From the NCBI GenBank assembly GCA_018831265.1, contig JAHJCO010000059.1, forward strand, positions 76,708 through 140,707: a stretch of 64,000 nt of DNA. The letters are read 5' to 3'. This DNA comes from Actinomycetota bacterium (lineage in GTDB: Bacteria > Actinomycetota > Geothermincolia > Fen-727 > Anoxymicrobiaceae). This document shows positions 45,986 through 55,240 of the stretch, piece after piece. Every line of letters starts with the position of its first letter. Within the stretch, counting starts at the first letter, position 1. The translations under genes and the position numbers were made by a program. The notes under the pieces were generated by a model that ran no database searches, was not told the DNA's origin, and saw only the letters and a list, made by a program, of their open reading frames with translations.

Positions 45986-46079
45986 TTATGTCACAGCCCT
46001 GTCAGGGCCGCTCCGCGCGCCCTGCCGTGGGTGTACAATCGACGTGCAGGCGATCATCGAGTGCCGGGGTTGGCGTATT

Positions 46080-46535
46080 ATGCGGCGCAGGAGTACGTCC
46101 GGGACGCTCTTCACCATAGGGTACGAGGGTCTGAGCCCTGGTGACCTGGTGAAGACACTGCGGCACAACGGTGTCGAGCTCGTCTTAGACGTCCGCCAGC
46201 GGGCCTCCAGCCGCAAGGCCGGTTTCTCCAAGTCGGTCCTGAAGTCCAACCTGGAGAAGCACGGGATAAGCTACCAGCACTTCCCCGAGCTCGGCAGCCC
46301 ACCAGACCTGCGAAAGAAGTACAACGCCGACGGTGACCGCGCCTACTTCATCCGGCACTACAGGAACTCGCTCGAGGGCAAGGGTTCCATCCTGCAGGAG
46401 TTGGCCAACCTCGCCTCGACGATGCCGGTCGCGCTGGTCTGCTACGAGGCCGACCCGGGCCATTGCCACCGCTCGATCGTGGCCTCCGAGATGGCCCGCC
46501 TGTCGACGCCCGCCCTCCAGGTCCAGGACCTGTAA
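46080..46535 (+). CDS. DUF488-family protein
   Basis: 'TLFTIGYEG...VLDVRQ...GISYQHFPELG' DUF488 pattern. Confidence 0.65.
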   Translation: MRRRSTSGTLFTIGYEGLSPGDLVKTLRHNGVELVLDVRQRASSRKAGFSKSVLKSNLEKHGISYQHFPELGSPPDLRKKYNADGDRAYFIRHYRNSLEGKGSILQELANLASTMPVALVCYEADPGHCHRSIVASEMARLSTPALQVQDL

Positions 46536-46599
46536 AGGGAGACCGGCGCCCTTGACGGAACATATTTCCAACGGGCAGTGGCTTGCAAAGGGGGTAGGA

Positions 46600-47535
46600 A
46601 TGAGACGTGGCAGGGTTACAGTGCCGGCCGCCGCCATATGCGTACTGGCGATGGTAGTGGCACTCTCCGCGGGGTGTGGCGGAGCGAATAAACCGGTCGT
46701 TTCCTCGACGACGCCTGCCAGCTCCGATCCGGGCCTGGAGGTCGCGATCCTGGGGCAGGACTTCGGGTCCGAGCAGGGGGACTCCACGGTCTCCTTCGGG
46801 GACCAGAAGACGGCCGTGCAGGACTGGACGGACACCGCCATCACGGCCATGGTCCCCAGGGACCTCAAGGCCGGCGACTACAAGGTGACCGTGACCACCT
46901 CGGGCGGGACCAGCGACCCGCTCGATTTCGAGGTGTTGAAGACCGGGACCAGCCACGCGGTCAACCCCGGCGAGATCGAGCATACCGTCCCGGTCCAGGC
47001 TATTGAGGCGTGGCTGAAGAAGAGCGGCGTCGATGCGACCGGCATGACCTTCAGTGTCTACTCCGCAAGTAAGAACGACCCGAACTGGAAGATCGACAAC
47101 GCTTACCAGGGCGGCAGCCTCTGGGGCCAGTTCCTGCTCCGCAACGTAAAGGGGAACTGGACCGTGGTCGAGGCCAAACAGGCCATCACCTCCGACGACC
47201 TGAAGAAGTACGGGGCTCCGAGCGACCTGCTCCCGTCGCCACCGACTCCCCCGACTCCGCCACAGCCGCCGAAGGAAGCCGCGGCGATTACCGCCTACCT
47301 GCAGTCGAAGGGCCAGCTGATCGACGGATGGACCTTCAGGGTTGCCAAGGTCAGCACCCAGGACCCCAACTGGGAGATCGTCACCGGGACCAGGGAAGCG
47401 ACCTCCGATAACTTCCTGGTCGTCTTCAACAACATGCTTGGCGACTGGCAGTGCCTCGCCGACCAGGGGCCGCCGTGGCCGGGAGTCGAGTTCAAGGGCG
47501 AGGCCGTCCCGAGCGACCTGAACAGCCTGCCGTAA
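46600..47535 (+). CDS. Lipoprotein with IPT/TIG-like domain and an internally duplicated ~100-aa domain
   Basis: Lipobox 'LSAGC'; internal repeat (...SKNDPNWKIDNAYQGGSLWGQFLL... / ...STQDPNWEIVTGTREATSDNFLVVF...). Confidence 0.55.
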   Translation: MRRGRVTVPAAAICVLAMVVALSAGCGGANKPVVSSTTPASSDPGLEVAILGQDFGSEQGDSTVSFGDQKTAVQDWTDTAITAMVPRDLKAGDYKVTVTTSGGTSDPLDFEVLKTGTSHAVNPGEIEHTVPVQAIEAWLKKSGVDATGMTFSVYSASKNDPNWKIDNAYQGGSLWGQFLLRNVKGNWTVVEAKQAITSDDLKKYGAPSDLLPSPPTPPTPPQPPKEAAAITAYLQSKGQLIDGWTFRVAKVSTQDPNWEIVTGTREATSDNFLVVFNNMLGDWQCLADQGPPWPGVEFKGEAVPSDLNSLP

Positions 47536-47608
47536 CCGTAGCGCGACAGGAAAGAAAAGGCCCCCGGCGTCCTCGCCGGGGGCCTTGCCTCGTGTGTCGA
47601 TCTGAGTT

Positions 47609-48328
47609 CTAGGCCTCAGGAGTGGTCGGCGGCTCAGCGGGAGGGACCGCCGGCGGAGGCGCCGCGAACTGCTCTGGAGGCATCACCGCGGTCGTGCCGG
47701 ACGCGGCCAGCAGCCAGCGGTACACATACGCGATCGAGATCATGATGATCGGGGCCGTGACGAAGACGCCGATACAGCAGGCGAGGAAGCCGAGTATCCC
47801 GAGGCCGATCATCGTAAGGAAGAAGAGGAACAGGTGCCACCAGTGGCCCTTGGTCATCTGGCCGCTCTTCTTGATGGCGTCCACCGGGCTCATCCCCTGG
47901 TCTATCACGAGGTACCCCCAGAAGTGGTACTTGACCGCCCAGTAGATGCCCGGGACGATGAGGAGGATAATGCCGCCGAGCACTATCAGGAAGTAGAGGA
48001 TGCTTCCCACCAGCATGTCCAGGAACTTCGTGTACTGCGAGTAGAGGTCCGTGAAGTCCGCCGGCTTCTGGTCGCAGGCGGTCAGTCCTATCTTCGTCTG
48101 CGCCATGTTCTGGAATACGCCCACGATGAAGGCGATTATCCCGAAGACGACCCCGAAGGTGATGACGATCCCCCTCGAGTTCACGAAGACTCCCATGTTC
48201 GTGAAGAAGTTGGGGATCGCGCCGGCGATGAAGATTATCAGCACCACCGCGATGTAGAACCCCACGTTCTCTTTGAACTGCTCCCAGCCGTACGAGACCG
48301 CGTCACCTATTCTGAAGTCCTGTTCCAT
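47609..48328 (-). CDS. Polytopic membrane protein (DUF975-like) with Pro/Ala-rich tail
   Basis: 4-6 TM helices; C-terminal 'AAPPPAVPPAEPPTTPEA'. Confidence 0.55.
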   Translation of the reverse strand: MEQDFRIGDAVSYGWEQFKENVGFYIAVVLIIFIAGAIPNFFTNMGVFVNSRGIVITFGVVFGIIAFIVGVFQNMAQTKIGLTACDQKPADFTDLYSQYTKFLDMLVGSILYFLIVLGGIILLIVPGIYWAVKYHFWGYLVIDQGMSPVDAIKKSGQMTKGHWWHLFLFFLTMIGLGILGFLACCIGVFVTAPIIMISIAYVYRWLLAASGTTAVMPPEQFAAPPPAVPPAEPPTTPEA

Positions 48329-48360
48329 GCGCTCCCCCCTTGGAGTCGGTTACCCCTACG

Positions 48361-48393
48361 ATGTAATAAAAGGGTCAGGCCCTTTTATTACAT
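48361..48393. repeat. REP hairpin ATGTAATAAAAG-GGTCAGGCC-CTTTTATTACAT
   Basis: Loop conserved, stem differs from the other copies. Confidence 0.8.
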
Positions 48394-48463
48394 CTGCTGT
48401 ACCTGTCACTGCATAGAATAATGACTTCGGGCGTCAAGCGCCAACCCCTGCTCCTGACTCCCT

Positions 48464-49501
48464 CTACTCCGATCCCGTGAGCATGCTCTCAAATACGCCC
48501 TCGCCCTGGAGGTCCACCCGCTCGCCCGCCACGCGCCCGCTGGCACCGACCCGCATGACGTGCTGCGCCCAGACGGGCTGCAGGGCCGAGGTCTCGCCGA
48601 AAGCCTGGAAGCGGAATGCCTCGATTTCCTGCCCCAGTTCCATCTCCACGTGGAGATCGGTACCGCGCCACCGTGCCTCGAAGTGCGCCCGCTTCGGTAG
48701 CCGGCGGCCCGACGGGGTGTGCTCCTGGTACTCGAGCACCCGGTGGCGCAGCAGCAGGCCGGTGACATCGAAGATGTCGGCCATGCACTCCTCGCCGCGA
48801 TAGACCAGGAGTGCGCGCATGGTCGCGTTCATGGCCCGCCGGGGCGCCTGTGCCACGGGGAAGATGAAAGTCCAATCGCCCAGAAAGAAGCGGTTCCAGT
48901 ACCAGTAGCTGAAGAGGCCCTGGAAGCGGGCGTCGGTGCGGCCCTGCTCGTGGTAACCGACCCCGCTTACGGCCACCTCGCCGCCCGGGAGAGAAAGCCG
49001 GCCCTCGACCGCGCCCCGGGGCACCATCGAGGCGTAGTGGAAATACTTTTCCGGCGCGAGCGTCCAGAGCAGGGGCCTCGCCATGAATCCGGCCCGCCCG
49101 GGAAACGGGGGCCACGGTGGAAGCAGCGGTCTGTACTCCAGGTCGAAGCCGAGGTTTCCCTGGAGCGCACGCACCCGGTACCGGCCGTCCTCGAAGGAGG
49201 CGAAGTCCTCGCCGAACGACATCCTCATGCCGGATTCGTCCGCGGAAAACTCCCCGGGGTAGTAGGCATGGGAACGGTGAGCGACAGGGCCGGGCTCGAC
49301 CACGGCCAGGGTTATTCCGGGATCCGGTCCGTTGTCGTCGTCCTCCACCGCCCCGAACATGCGGGGCATCATGATGGTCATCACGCGGTGACCGCTCTCG
49401 AACTCGCCGTCGAAGAACCACCACTGGGTGTACTCGCTCCGCCCGTCCCACTGGTACCGCTCCGCCACGTAAGGGAGTGGCTTGTACCGGCCCTCGCGCA
49501 T
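48464..49501 (-). CDS. Hypothetical protein (possibly lipocalin-like CrtC/AttH superfamily)
   Basis: 'QWWFFDGEF' near N-terminus; no catalytic motifs recognised. Confidence 0.35.
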   Translation of the reverse strand: MREGRYKPLPYVAERYQWDGRSEYTQWWFFDGEFESGHRVMTIMMPRMFGAVEDDDNGPDPGITLAVVEPGPVAHRSHAYYPGEFSADESGMRMSFGEDFASFEDGRYRVRALQGNLGFDLEYRPLLPPWPPFPGRAGFMARPLLWTLAPEKYFHYASMVPRGAVEGRLSLPGGEVAVSGVGYHEQGRTDARFQGLFSYWYWNRFFLGDWTFIFPVAQAPRRAMNATMRALLVYRGEECMADIFDVTGLLLRHRVLEYQEHTPSGRRLPKRAHFEARWRGTDLHVEMELGQEIEAFRFQAFGETSALQPVWAQHVMRVGASGRVAGERVDLQGEGVFESMLTGSE

Positions 49502-49599
49502 AGCTCTCCTTTCGTAACGGACTCGCCGCTTGAGCCCGGGCTCTCAGCCCGGGATTGTCATCGCTTGTGAAAAAAGATGGTTGAGGTGAATTCTCATGG

Positions 49600-50250
49600 T
49601 CAGATGTCCAGCGAGTAGATGTACCCCGTGACCTCTTCGCCGGGCAGCGAGTAGTCGTAGGCCGTCAGGTTGAACTCCCGCACGCGGGAGAACCCGTACC
49701 TCTCGTAGAAGTCCCACGAGAGTGTTGTGTCCGTGCCGACCGTGGTCTTGTGATAGCCCAGGGCGCGCGATTCGGCGACCCAGGCGTCCATCATCACCCT
49801 GCCGATGCCTCCGCGGTACTCCTTCTGGCTGGTGAGCATGAGCGTCTCGGTGCTGGGGCTCATCGGGTGACGGTAGGTGAACGGCAGATAGCCGACGAGC
49901 ACCCTGCGCAGGCAGGCCCTGGCGAAAGGCGTTGCCTTGGCCCGGTTCCGCCCGGCGAACCAGCGCATGAGGAACGACATGCCCGTTCCCATCATGCGCG
50001 CGGCCCGGCGGTTCTCGAACGGAAGCCCACCCACGAGTATCCCGCGGGCTTCCCCGTCCGCCTCGGCCACGTAGGTCGCCGCGCTCATGTGGTTAGCGGT
50101 GAGGATCATGTCCTCGAGCAGGGACCTGTCCGCGTGGTCGATGAGGGGCCAGAGTATGTGGTGAAATCCGCTCACGAAGGCGTCGCAGGCCCCGGCCAGG
50201 TCCCTCTCCGGCTCGAACCTCCGCACCATGTAGGTGTCCAGTGCGCTCAC
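49600..50250 (-). CDS. GNAT-family N-acetyltransferase
   Basis: Acetyl-CoA binding 'RGGIGRVMMDAW' (R/Q-x-x-G-x-G/A) motif. Confidence 0.55.
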   Translation of the reverse strand: MSALDTYMVRRFEPERDLAGACDAFVSGFHHILWPLIDHADRSLLEDMILTANHMSAATYVAEADGEARGILVGGLPFENRRAARMMGTGMSFLMRWFAGRNRAKATPFARACLRRVLVGYLPFTYRHPMSPSTETLMLTSQKEYRGGIGRVMMDAWVAESRALGYHKTTVGTDTTLSWDFYERYGFSRVREFNLTAYDYSLPGEEVTGYIYSLDI

Positions 50251-50273
50251 CTCAGCGTGCGCTCCCTATCCCG

Positions 50274-50302
50274 TGTGCAAAAGTGCCTGACCCTTTAGCA
50301 CA
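50274..50302. repeat. REP hairpin (reverse orientation) TGTGCAAAAG-TGCCTGACC-CTTTAGCACA just 3' of the tRNA
   Basis: Loop is the reverse complement of GGTCAGGCA. Confidence 0.75.
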
Positions 50303-50313
50303 TCAGGGTCGTG

Positions 50314-50390
50314 TGGAGCCCCGGGCGGGACTCGAACCCGCGACCTACGGATTAGGAATCCGTCGCTCCATCCGTCTGAGCTACCGGGGC
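50314..50390 (-). tRNA. tRNA-Arg (anticodon CCU)
   Basis: Cloverleaf: acceptor GCCCCGG/CCGGGGC, D-stem GCTC/GAGC, anticodon stem ACGGA/TCCGT with loop TTCCTAA, T-arm GCGGG-TTCGAGT-CCCGC, encoded CCA. Confidence 0.85.
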
Positions 50391-50448
50391 ATGGTTTATC
50401 CGATTGTAGCAGATGGACAGTGGCGGCTGCGGCTCCAGTGCCCCCGGA

Positions 50449-50838
50449 TCACTGCCAGGAAGTGGAGACCTTCTTGACCGACTCCATCACCAGGTTCACG
50501 GCCTTGATGTACTTCATGACGGTCTGCATATTGCCCTCGAAGAGCAGCTTCTTGGTCATGATGGCCTGCAGGGGGTCCTGCTTGCCGGCCACGACCTCCT
50601 TCCACAGCGCGTAGTCGCCGGTCAGGGTGAAGTCGCACTTCCTGTCCTCGCCGCTGACCGCCTCGAGCACGGCCCCGTCCTTCATGTGTGTCCAGAAATG
50701 GATGTCGCCGCCCTTGGCGCCCGTCGCCACGAAGTGTATCGTCGCGTCGAACCCCTTGCCGGCCCTGGGAAGCTCCTTGTCCTTGTTGACCGTGGTCTTG
50801 AGTAACTCCACCCACTCCTGGCTTCCGAACTGTGCCAT
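50449..50838 (-). CDS. SCP2 sterol-binding domain protein
   Basis: ~129 aa; 'FDATIHFVATGAKGGDIHFW...LTGDYALWKEVVAGK' SCP-2 fold pattern; GGAGGGGG RBS. Confidence 0.65.
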   Translation of the reverse strand: MAQFGSQEWVELLKTTVNKDKELPRAGKGFDATIHFVATGAKGGDIHFWTHMKDGAVLEAVSGEDRKCDFTLTGDYALWKEVVAGKQDPLQAIMTKKLLFEGNMQTVMKYIKAVNLVMESVKKVSTSWQ

Positions 50839-50910
50839 GGCGCCCCCTCCTCGGTTAGCCGCTCTACCGCCGAGGATACTATCCAATCGACCATCGGGTG
50901 TCGAGCGTCG

Positions 50911-53784
50911 TTGACCACCCAGGGGGGCGGCCCTATCATGGCGACAAGAAGCCGTACCGAGCATCCCTGGAGGAACGCCGTGAAGAGAAGCATCGCCGCC
51001 GCCCTGCTGACCGTGCTGATCTGTGCCGTCGCCGCGCCGGCGATGGTGCTGACACCGGCGATTGCGGGGCAACCGGCGGGTCCGGCCGTTCCGCGGCCCG
51101 GGCGGTACGCGCCCGGCGAGGTGCTGGTCAGGTTCAGGGAGCCGGTGGGAGCGGGGGCGGTCGAGAGCGCGCTGACGGGACTGGGGGCCAGGCGGGCGAA
51201 GCGCCTCACCGTGAGCGGCATCGAGCTGCTGGAGGTGCCGGGCGGGGTCGAGGAGGCGATCGAGGCGTTGCGGGCCTCGGGGCTCGTCTACTACGCGGAG
51301 CCGAACTACGTGCGCAGCGTCGACTTCACCCCCAACGACACCGATTTCGACAAGCAGTGGAACCTCCACGATACGACGCCGGTGGACGCCGATATTAACA
51401 TGCCCGCCGCCTGGGACATCGAGACAGGGTCGCCGGGCGTGGTGGTGGCGGTGCTGGACACCGGGATCGCCTACCGCGACGGCGGTGGCTTCCATAAGGC
51501 GACTGACCTGGACACGACCGCTTTCACCCAGGGCTATGACTTCATCAACGACGACCAGTACGCCGACGACGACCACGGACACGGCACGCACGTCGCGGGC
51601 ACCGTGGCGCAGAGCACTAACAACAACTTCAGGGTGGCCGGCGTGGCGTTCGGGTGCACACTCATGCCGGTGAAGGTGCTGGACGGCGAGGGCAGTGGCA
51701 CTGACGTCGAGCTCATCCAGGGTCTTGAGTTCGCCTCCACCCACGGGGTCGAGGTCGTGAACATGAGCCTGTCCGGCCCGGAGCCCAACGCCGCGCTCGA
51801 AGAGGCTCTGAGGCTCGCCCGGAGCCGCGGGACGCTGCTGTGCGCCTCGTCGGGAAACGACGACGACCCGCTGGTAGGGTACCCGGCGGCCTACCCTTCG
51901 TGCGTCGCGGTGGGCGCTACAAACAAGAACAAGAACAGGTCTTCGTACTCGAACTACGGCAGCGAGCTGGACGTCTGCGCCCCGGGCGGTGATGGGCACC
52001 TGTTCGCTCAAGGCATCATCCAGGAGACGTACCAGACCCTGGGTAATCCATCAAGCCCGTTCGTCGAGGTTTCGATGCAGGGCACCTCCATGGCCTGCCC
52101 CCACGTCGCGGGCGTGGCGGCCCTGGTGCGGTCCGAGCACACCACCTGGACGGTGGACGAGGTCACCGGGGCCATCAGCTCGACATGCAGGGACATCGGA
52201 GCGGCCGGCTGGGACAACGAGACCGGCTGGGGCCTCATCGACGCGGAGGCGGCCCTGCTGGCCCCCAGGCCGTCGGGGACCGGTCCCGCGATATCCTCGG
52301 TGACGCCCGACCACTCGGACACGGGGGCCGACGCGCATCTGACCATCACCGGCGCCAACTTCGCGACGCCGGCGAAGGTGGCGTTGCAGCGCGAAGGCGA
52401 GCTGGCGATCACCGGGACCGCCATCGCGGTGAGCGGCTCCACACGTATCGACTGCGACGTGGACCTCACCGGTGCCCAGGCCGGCCCATGGAACCTGGTG
52501 GTCGAGAACGACGACATGCTGGGCGACTCGCTGGACGGAGGGTTCGTGGCCGATCCTTCGATGAGTACGACCTGGTACCTGGCCGAGGGCTCGACCGCAT
52601 ACGGCTTCGAGGAGTACGTCCTCATACAGAACGCGGGCGGGACGCAGGCCAGCACTACGGTCACCTTCATGACCCCGGACGGGTCGCTGGACCCGCTGGC
52701 CGTACCGGTGCCCGCGCAGAGCAGGACCACCATCCGGGTCAACGACTTCGCATTGGACACCGACGTATCGACCAAGGTGACCTCCGATGCCGAGATAATC
52801 TGCGAGCGTTCCATGTACTGGGGCGGCAGGATCGAGGGCACGGACTGCATAGGGGTCGAGGCGCCCGCGTACTCCTGGTACCTGGCGGAGGGGACGACCG
52901 ACTACGGCTTCGACACCTACCTGCTGATACAGAACCCCCAGAGCAAAGTGGCAACCGTCTTCGTGACCTACATGACGCCGGAGGGCCCCGTCGAGAAGGC
53001 GCCTTTCGCCATGCCCCCCAACAGCCGCGAGACAATCGTGGTCTCGGAGGACCTGCCGGCCGAGGAGATGTCGTTCAAGGTGCTCTCGGACCAGAGGATC
53101 ATCGCCGAGCGTTCCATGTACTGGGACGGGATGCGCGGGGGGCACGACTCGATCGGCACCGTGACGCCGTCGGAGACCTGGTACATTGCCGAGGGCACGA
53201 CCGACTGGGGCTTCGACGAGTACGTGCTGCTGCAGAACCCGGGCTCCGAGAACGCGACCGTGACGCTCACCTACATGACGCCGGAAGGCCCGGTTCCGCA
53301 ACCGCCGGTGACGGTCGATGCGGGTACCCGTCAGACCATCCACGTGGACGACGTCCTGCCTGCCGAGGACGTCTCGGTGAGGGTGGAGTCCGACGTCGGG
53401 GTCATCGCCGAGCGCGCGATGTACTGGAACAACGGGACCGGCAAGGCCGGGCACTGCGCGATCGGGGTCCTGCAGTCCAGGCAGGAGTGTTTCCTGGCCG
53501 AGGGCACCACCGACTGGGGCTTCGACGAGTGGATACTCATCCAGAACCCGAACCCGGAGCCGGCGAACATCGGCGTCAAGTACATGACCCCGCAGGGCCC
53601 GGTGGACCGGGACGGCTTCGTGCTTGCGGGAAACAGCAGGGTTACCGTGCACGCCAACGAAGACCTGGTGCCGGCGAGCGATGCCTCGGCCTATGTCTTC
53701 TCCGACCGGCGGATAATCGCGGAGCGCTCGATGTACTGGAACGCCCGGGGCGGCGGCCACGTCTCCACCGGGATGATGAAGTAG
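50911..53784 (+). CDS. Secreted subtilisin-like serine protease (S8, with I9 propeptide) fused to IPT-like domain and 4 'YLAEG' modules
   Basis: Signal peptide; catalytic 'VLDTGI', 'HGTHVAG', 'GTSMACPH'; four C-terminal modules (WYLAEGSTAYGF..., WYLAEGTTDYGF..., WYIAEGTTDWGF..., FLAEGTTDWGF...). Confidence 0.9.
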   Translation: MTTQGGGPIMATRSRTEHPWRNAVKRSIAAALLTVLICAVAAPAMVLTPAIAGQPAGPAVPRPGRYAPGEVLVRFREPVGAGAVESALTGLGARRAKRLTVSGIELLEVPGGVEEAIEALRASGLVYYAEPNYVRSVDFTPNDTDFDKQWNLHDTTPVDADINMPAAWDIETGSPGVVVAVLDTGIAYRDGGGFHKATDLDTTAFTQGYDFINDDQYADDDHGHGTHVAGTVAQSTNNNFRVAGVAFGCTLMPVKVLDGEGSGTDVELIQGLEFASTHGVEVVNMSLSGPEPNAALEEALRLARSRGTLLCASSGNDDDPLVGYPAAYPSCVAVGATNKNKNRSSYSNYGSELDVCAPGGDGHLFAQGIIQETYQTLGNPSSPFVEVSMQGTSMACPHVAGVAALVRSEHTTWTVDEVTGAISSTCRDIGAAGWDNETGWGLIDAEAALLAPRPSGTGPAISSVTPDHSDTGADAHLTITGANFATPAKVALQREGELAITGTAIAVSGSTRIDCDVDLTGAQAGPWNLVVENDDMLGDSLDGGFVADPSMSTTWYLAEGSTAYGFEEYVLIQNAGGTQASTTVTFMTPDGSLDPLAVPVPAQSRTTIRVNDFALDTDVSTKVTSDAEIICERSMYWGGRIEGTDCIGVEAPAYSWYLAEGTTDYGFDTYLLIQNPQSKVATVFVTYMTPEGPVEKAPFAMPPNSRETIVVSEDLPAEEMSFKVLSDQRIIAERSMYWDGMRGGHDSIGTVTPSETWYIAEGTTDWGFDEYVLLQNPGSENATVTLTYMTPEGPVPQPPVTVDAGTRQTIHVDDVLPAEDVSVRVESDVGVIAERAMYWNNGTGKAGHCAIGVLQSRQECFLAEGTTDWGFDEWILIQNPNPEPANIGVKYMTPQGPVDRDGFVLAGNSRVTVHANEDLVPASDASAYVFSDRRIIAERSMYWNARGGGHVSTGMMK

Positions 53785-53824
53785 CTAATAGTTGGTGCCA
53801 GGCACCTTAGTGTAAAAGTATTAG
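53785..53824. repeat. Palindromic element, family 2 (CTAATAG..GGTGCCAGGCACC..GTATTAG)
   Basis: Copy of 11950-11998. Confidence 0.65.
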
Positions 53825-53901
53825 TCTGTCCGGTTGTCAATGGATGTTCGGGGACCGTTCCCGGGGGCTTACGTAGCCGGTAGCGGGCAGGAGGTTCCGC
53901 C

Positions 53902-54120
53902 TTGATATTGAAGATGCCATGGATAGACCGTGGCCGATGCGATCGCAAGCTGGACTGCGCGGCGGCCAGGGTGTGCCCGAGAGGGGCGCTGGAGGTCGGG
54001 CCCGAATCCGAGGAGGAGGAGGGGCGCGCCTCGGAGTATCCCCTGGTGGACCTGGAGCACTGCCGGCGGTGTGGCGATTGCGCCAAGGCCTGCCCGGAGG
54101 GCGCCGTGAAGATGGTGTAG
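53902..54120 (+). CDS. 2x[4Fe-4S] ferredoxin
   Basis: 'CDRKLDCAAARVCP' and 'CRRCGDCAKACP'; GGAGG RBS. Confidence 0.7.
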   Translation: MILKMPWIDRGRCDRKLDCAAARVCPRGALEVGPESEEEEGRASEYPLVDLEHCRRCGDCAKACPEGAVKMV

Positions 54121-54174
54121 AATGGCGCGCGTGGGAGCCGGGGCTCCCGCGACGCCGAGAGACGGGGAGGAAAG

Positions 54175-54492
54175 ATGGCCGACGTGCTGGAGATAACCGA
54201 TCAGAATTTCGAGACCGAGATCATCAATGCAGACAAGCCGGCGCTGGTGGATTTCTGGGCGCCGTGGTGCGGCCCCTGCAAGATGATGCACCCGGTCATC
54301 GAGGGCCTCAGCGACGAGATGGCAGGCAAGGCGGTCGTCGCCAGGTGCAACGTGGACGAGAACCCGGAGCTGGCCGGACGCTTCGGGGTTACCGCCATCC
54401 CTACAATCGTGTTCTTCAAGGGCGGGCAGGAGACCGACAAGGTCATTGGCGTCTGCCAGCCCGACGAGCTTCGCAAGCGCCTGGAGGCTTAG
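54175..54492 (+). CDS. trxA: Thioredoxin
   Basis: 'WAPWCGPCK' active site; 105 aa. Confidence 0.9.
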   Translation: MADVLEITDQNFETEIINADKPALVDFWAPWCGPCKMMHPVIEGLSDEMAGKAVVARCNVDENPELAGRFGVTAIPTIVFFKGGQETDKVIGVCQPDELRKRLEA

Positions 54493-54502
54493 CGGCCCGG
54501 CC

Positions 54503-55240
54503 GTGTCTGCTCTACAGATCAAGGGTTTCATACCAAGCTCGATGCTCGACTGGGAGGGCATGCTGGTCTCCACCGTCTTCCTGCCGCGCTGCAACTTCCG
54601 CTGCCCGTTCTGCCAGAACCCCGACCTCGTGCTGAATCCCTCCACCCTGGAAACGGTGCCGCTGGGAGAAGTGCTCGACTTCCTGGCCGACCGAAAGGGA
54701 TGGATAGAAGGCGTCTGCATAACCGGCGGCGAGCCCTGCCTGCAGGAGGGTCTGCCTGACCTCTGCGCCTCCCTGAAGGGCGCCGGGGTGAGGGTGAAGC
54801 TCGACACCAACGGCAGCCTGCCCGAGGCGCTCTCGGGGCTCATGGACGAGTGTCTGATCGATTACGTGGCGATGGATGTCAAGGCTCCGCTGGAGCCAGG
54901 CCCGTACCGGGTGGCCACGGGGGTGGACGACGCCGGGTTGCTGGACCGGGTGCTCGAGAGCATCGAGCTGATACGTTCGTCCGACCTGGAGAGGGAGTTC
55001 CGAACGACCGTGGTACCCATGATGCACGGCCCCGAGGAGGTGTCCCGCATCGCAAAGGGCCTGGAGGGTGAGGAGCGCTACGTGCTCCAGCACTTCAGCC
55101 CACGCGATACCCTTGACCCGCGGTTCGCGAAGTTGCGGCCTTTCACCGAGGAGGACATGGACGGGATGCTCGCTGAGGCGAGGCGTCATATACCGGGCAC
55201 GATCGTGCGGGGGGCGCCGGCGGCGCTGGACGAAGCGTGA
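54503..55240 (+). CDS. Radical-SAM glycyl-radical-enzyme activase family protein (NrdG/PflA-like)
   Basis: 'CNFRCPFCQNP' CxxxCxxC; ~245 aa; GTG start inferred. Confidence 0.65.
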   Translation: MSALQIKGFIPSSMLDWEGMLVSTVFLPRCNFRCPFCQNPDLVLNPSTLETVPLGEVLDFLADRKGWIEGVCITGGEPCLQEGLPDLCASLKGAGVRVKLDTNGSLPEALSGLMDECLIDYVAMDVKAPLEPGPYRVATGVDDAGLLDRVLESIELIRSSDLEREFRTTVVPMMHGPEEVSRIAKGLEGEERYVLQHFSPRDTLDPRFAKLRPFTEEDMDGMLAEARRHIPGTIVRGAPAALDEA

